From Trichoplax sp. H2 (lineage: Eukaryota): 64,000 bases of DNA. The stretch lies in contig NOWV01000111.1 of assembly GCA_003344405.1 (NCBI GenBank), forward strand, positions 186,001 through 250,000, in the 5' to 3' direction. Both the position numbers and the translations under genes were made by a program. The notes below the pieces were generated by a model. That model did no database searches. It was not told the DNA's origin and saw nothing but the letters and a program-made list of their open reading frames with translations. Shown one piece after another: positions 61,555-64,000 of the stretch. Every line of letters begins with the position of its first letter. Position 1 is the stretch's first letter.

Positions 61555-64000
61555 GGAATGGAGAGATAGCTTTTGAAGCAATTCTTGCAGTTGATTTACC
61601 CTTAAGATAAAATACTCTGTTGTAAATCTATAATCTTGGTAATAGATATTGATTATCCCTACGAAGATAACACATCGACGCGTATTTTGCGATTACATCA
61701 TCGTTTGTCTACATCATATATTAGCTTACGATTTTAGAAGTAACTCTCAACGAACGGGGTTTGCCTGAAAATGATATCTTTCTAAAGTTTGCTCCAATAG
61801 TTGAGTTATCGATCAATACGAGATATGTAGCTAGCCATCGCGATTACTTAACGTCTCGAATTTTATAAAATGTCAATTTTCTTAAAAAGTAGTTGTTTTA
61901 GCTGACTATTTTATGTTGATAGTATTGGCGTAGCCTACAGTAGTGATCGATTATAAATATGACAATGCTGCAAGGGTGGTCACAATACTACTGGAATCCT
62001 TAGCAGCTCTTTCTTAAAGCGTTGTTCTTCGATATTATATTACTCTATAAGCTTGATGTGGCGCCGTTTAAAAGATTTCCAAAAGTTTCAAGTTATTTGT
62101 ATTTTGGCTAACACTGTATAGCGTAGCAACTAAGATAACCACAGCAGCCATAGTGTACATACTGTACTGTGGTTTAGGTGATTTCGCAATGTTGTTGAAA
62201 AAATATATTCTTCACAAATTTACAATACAGAATAAAATGTGAAAAGTATACGTACATGCCTTATGAGTATCTACATTTACTACATAATGATTTGCCTATG
62301 TGCTATAGCTGAATTAAAGACGAGAGGCTTTTATACACGTCAACAAACGGTATCGTTGCTAAATTAATGTGGATAGTAGTTCTACTCTTAAAAATCCGAA
62401 CTTTTTGCTGTTCTAATCATGAAGAGTCGATTATCTATCTGTTCAATGTAAAATTGTAATATTAAAATATAATATCTAAAGTTCTGAACACACTTTACAT
62501 TTCATTCCTAAGCCCGTAGCAGTCCTGAAACGAACTATTTTCAGAAATGTACATGTTGCACAAACTGACTCGATATGAATTTGCTTTTTCCGCAGGAAAA
62601 GTCAAATAACATTTCATCACCAATATCATCAACTGATCACTAGGTTTTAACTTTGTAAACAGCCTTGTCCATATCTATCTACTGTACTACGCGTAGAAGT
62701 AACTAGTAGCAATACTTTACCGCCGTGGTGGTAAATTAAAACAGATAGTGCAGATGAATTCACATACAGAAATCGCCTTCGGCGATTTACTAATATCAAG
62801 ATATAACATACCGTAAAGTTACTGTATAGATCCTATCCTTCAGCTATCAGCCACTCTATTGGACTCCTTCTAAAGCGGTACCATTACTACATAGGATGCG
62901 TTCTTAAACACCAGACAAATTTCAACGGCGTTGACATTAGTATATTTGGAGGTGGAATTTCTCATTTTTTTTATCAGAGTCTCCTTTACAGCATAGGCTA
63001 TTTTAGCCAATGGAAAAGTAACCAATAAAAATCATTACGCAGTCAGTAGTTAAACTAACAAGTATCGACTAATCTATTTATAATCTAAGCAGCTGGATCC
63101 AATGCGTTTATTAATAAATCAAGTAAGATGATACCAGTATTACACGAGTTTTTACTATTCTAAATCACAGCAGTAAATCGAGATTAATTAGAACTATCAT
63201 CTACTTTATAAAAGCACTATCGCTACATCCTGACAGTTGCAAGCAGGCTAAGCAATTTTAAAGTTAAAAAAAGAGACTCGTTAAATCAATCGTAAAGATA
63301 TTGTGCAGAGCTCTAATACTATGAACCCGCAGTTGAAAATCAGTATACGCGTATATTGGATAAATGCCTTGCCGTAAATGGTACCAATATCACTTTGTTA
63401 CAGTTATTTACTGTAACCTGTTGGTTAACACATCCTATTTCTTGCCAGATCCTAGTCAATAGATCAAATATCAGAAGTTATAACTGGACTAATTACTTGT
63501 CGCGATCGATCAGTATAAAGCTTTACATTAGGCACTCGTTTTGGAGATTTAATGTTATCCGCAGAATCTTACGTTAATTAATCACACAACAACCAGATGC
63601 GAATACAGTGAAGAAAAAGTTGTGATGAAATTTTTTTAAATTGGGCAAGATTGGACAGAAATATACTACTGTTCAATACATTAAATTAAATGTTTCAATG
63701 CGAGGACTGCAAGGCTAAAAGTACTGGTTACGCATATTGCGGTGCATTCTAATATACGCAGATATGGATGATAATGAATTGAAATTGCAACAAATCTTAA
63801 TAGTCACTGTGATAATTAAAGTGTTCAAATTTTATCCGGATGAAGCTTTATCGAAATTGACCTAGTGCAGTAAACATCTCGACTAAGCTTCATGATATAC
63901 GGTGAAACTAATAATTTGTCCTACACATAAAAGATCGTTACAAACCTCCTGTTTTTTCTTGTTCGATAGCTATAATGTTGTGATTATAATAATAATATTG

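Overview
AT-rich eukaryotic (animal) genomic DNA with short GT-AG introns. The abundant ACAGT/TACTG pentamer clusters, intronless NB-ARC/TPR genes and compact genes suggest a placozoan such as Trichoplax (inference). Genes I could reconstruct by hand: first coding exon of CEP44 (-), a single-exon 1315-aa NB-ARC+TPR (STAND) gene (-), an SLC45 sugar-transporter array (one pseudogene plus two intact 4-exon genes, +), 12-exon aspartylglucosaminidase AGA (+) followed by a decayed copy of its last exon, a GRXCR-type glutaredoxin/Cys-rich gene (+), a short complex I NDUFC2/B14.5b-like gene (-), a single-exon 1176-aa TPR protein (-), RBM41 (+), a CPI-motif (CRACD/KIAA1211-like) actin capping-protein regulator (-) and an intronless PPT1 (+). 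Main non-coding observations: a 454-bp solo LTR (TG...CA, 5-bp TSD, TATA box, polyA signal) whose empty site is visible in a duplicate copy across an assembly gap; ACAGT clusters sitting just upstream of the housekeeping genes; a ~260-nt multibranched fold-back element positioned divergently from PPT1; a 58-bp perfect palindrome in a tandem duplication; and several local tandem repeats. All family calls come from motif recognition and memory, not database searches.
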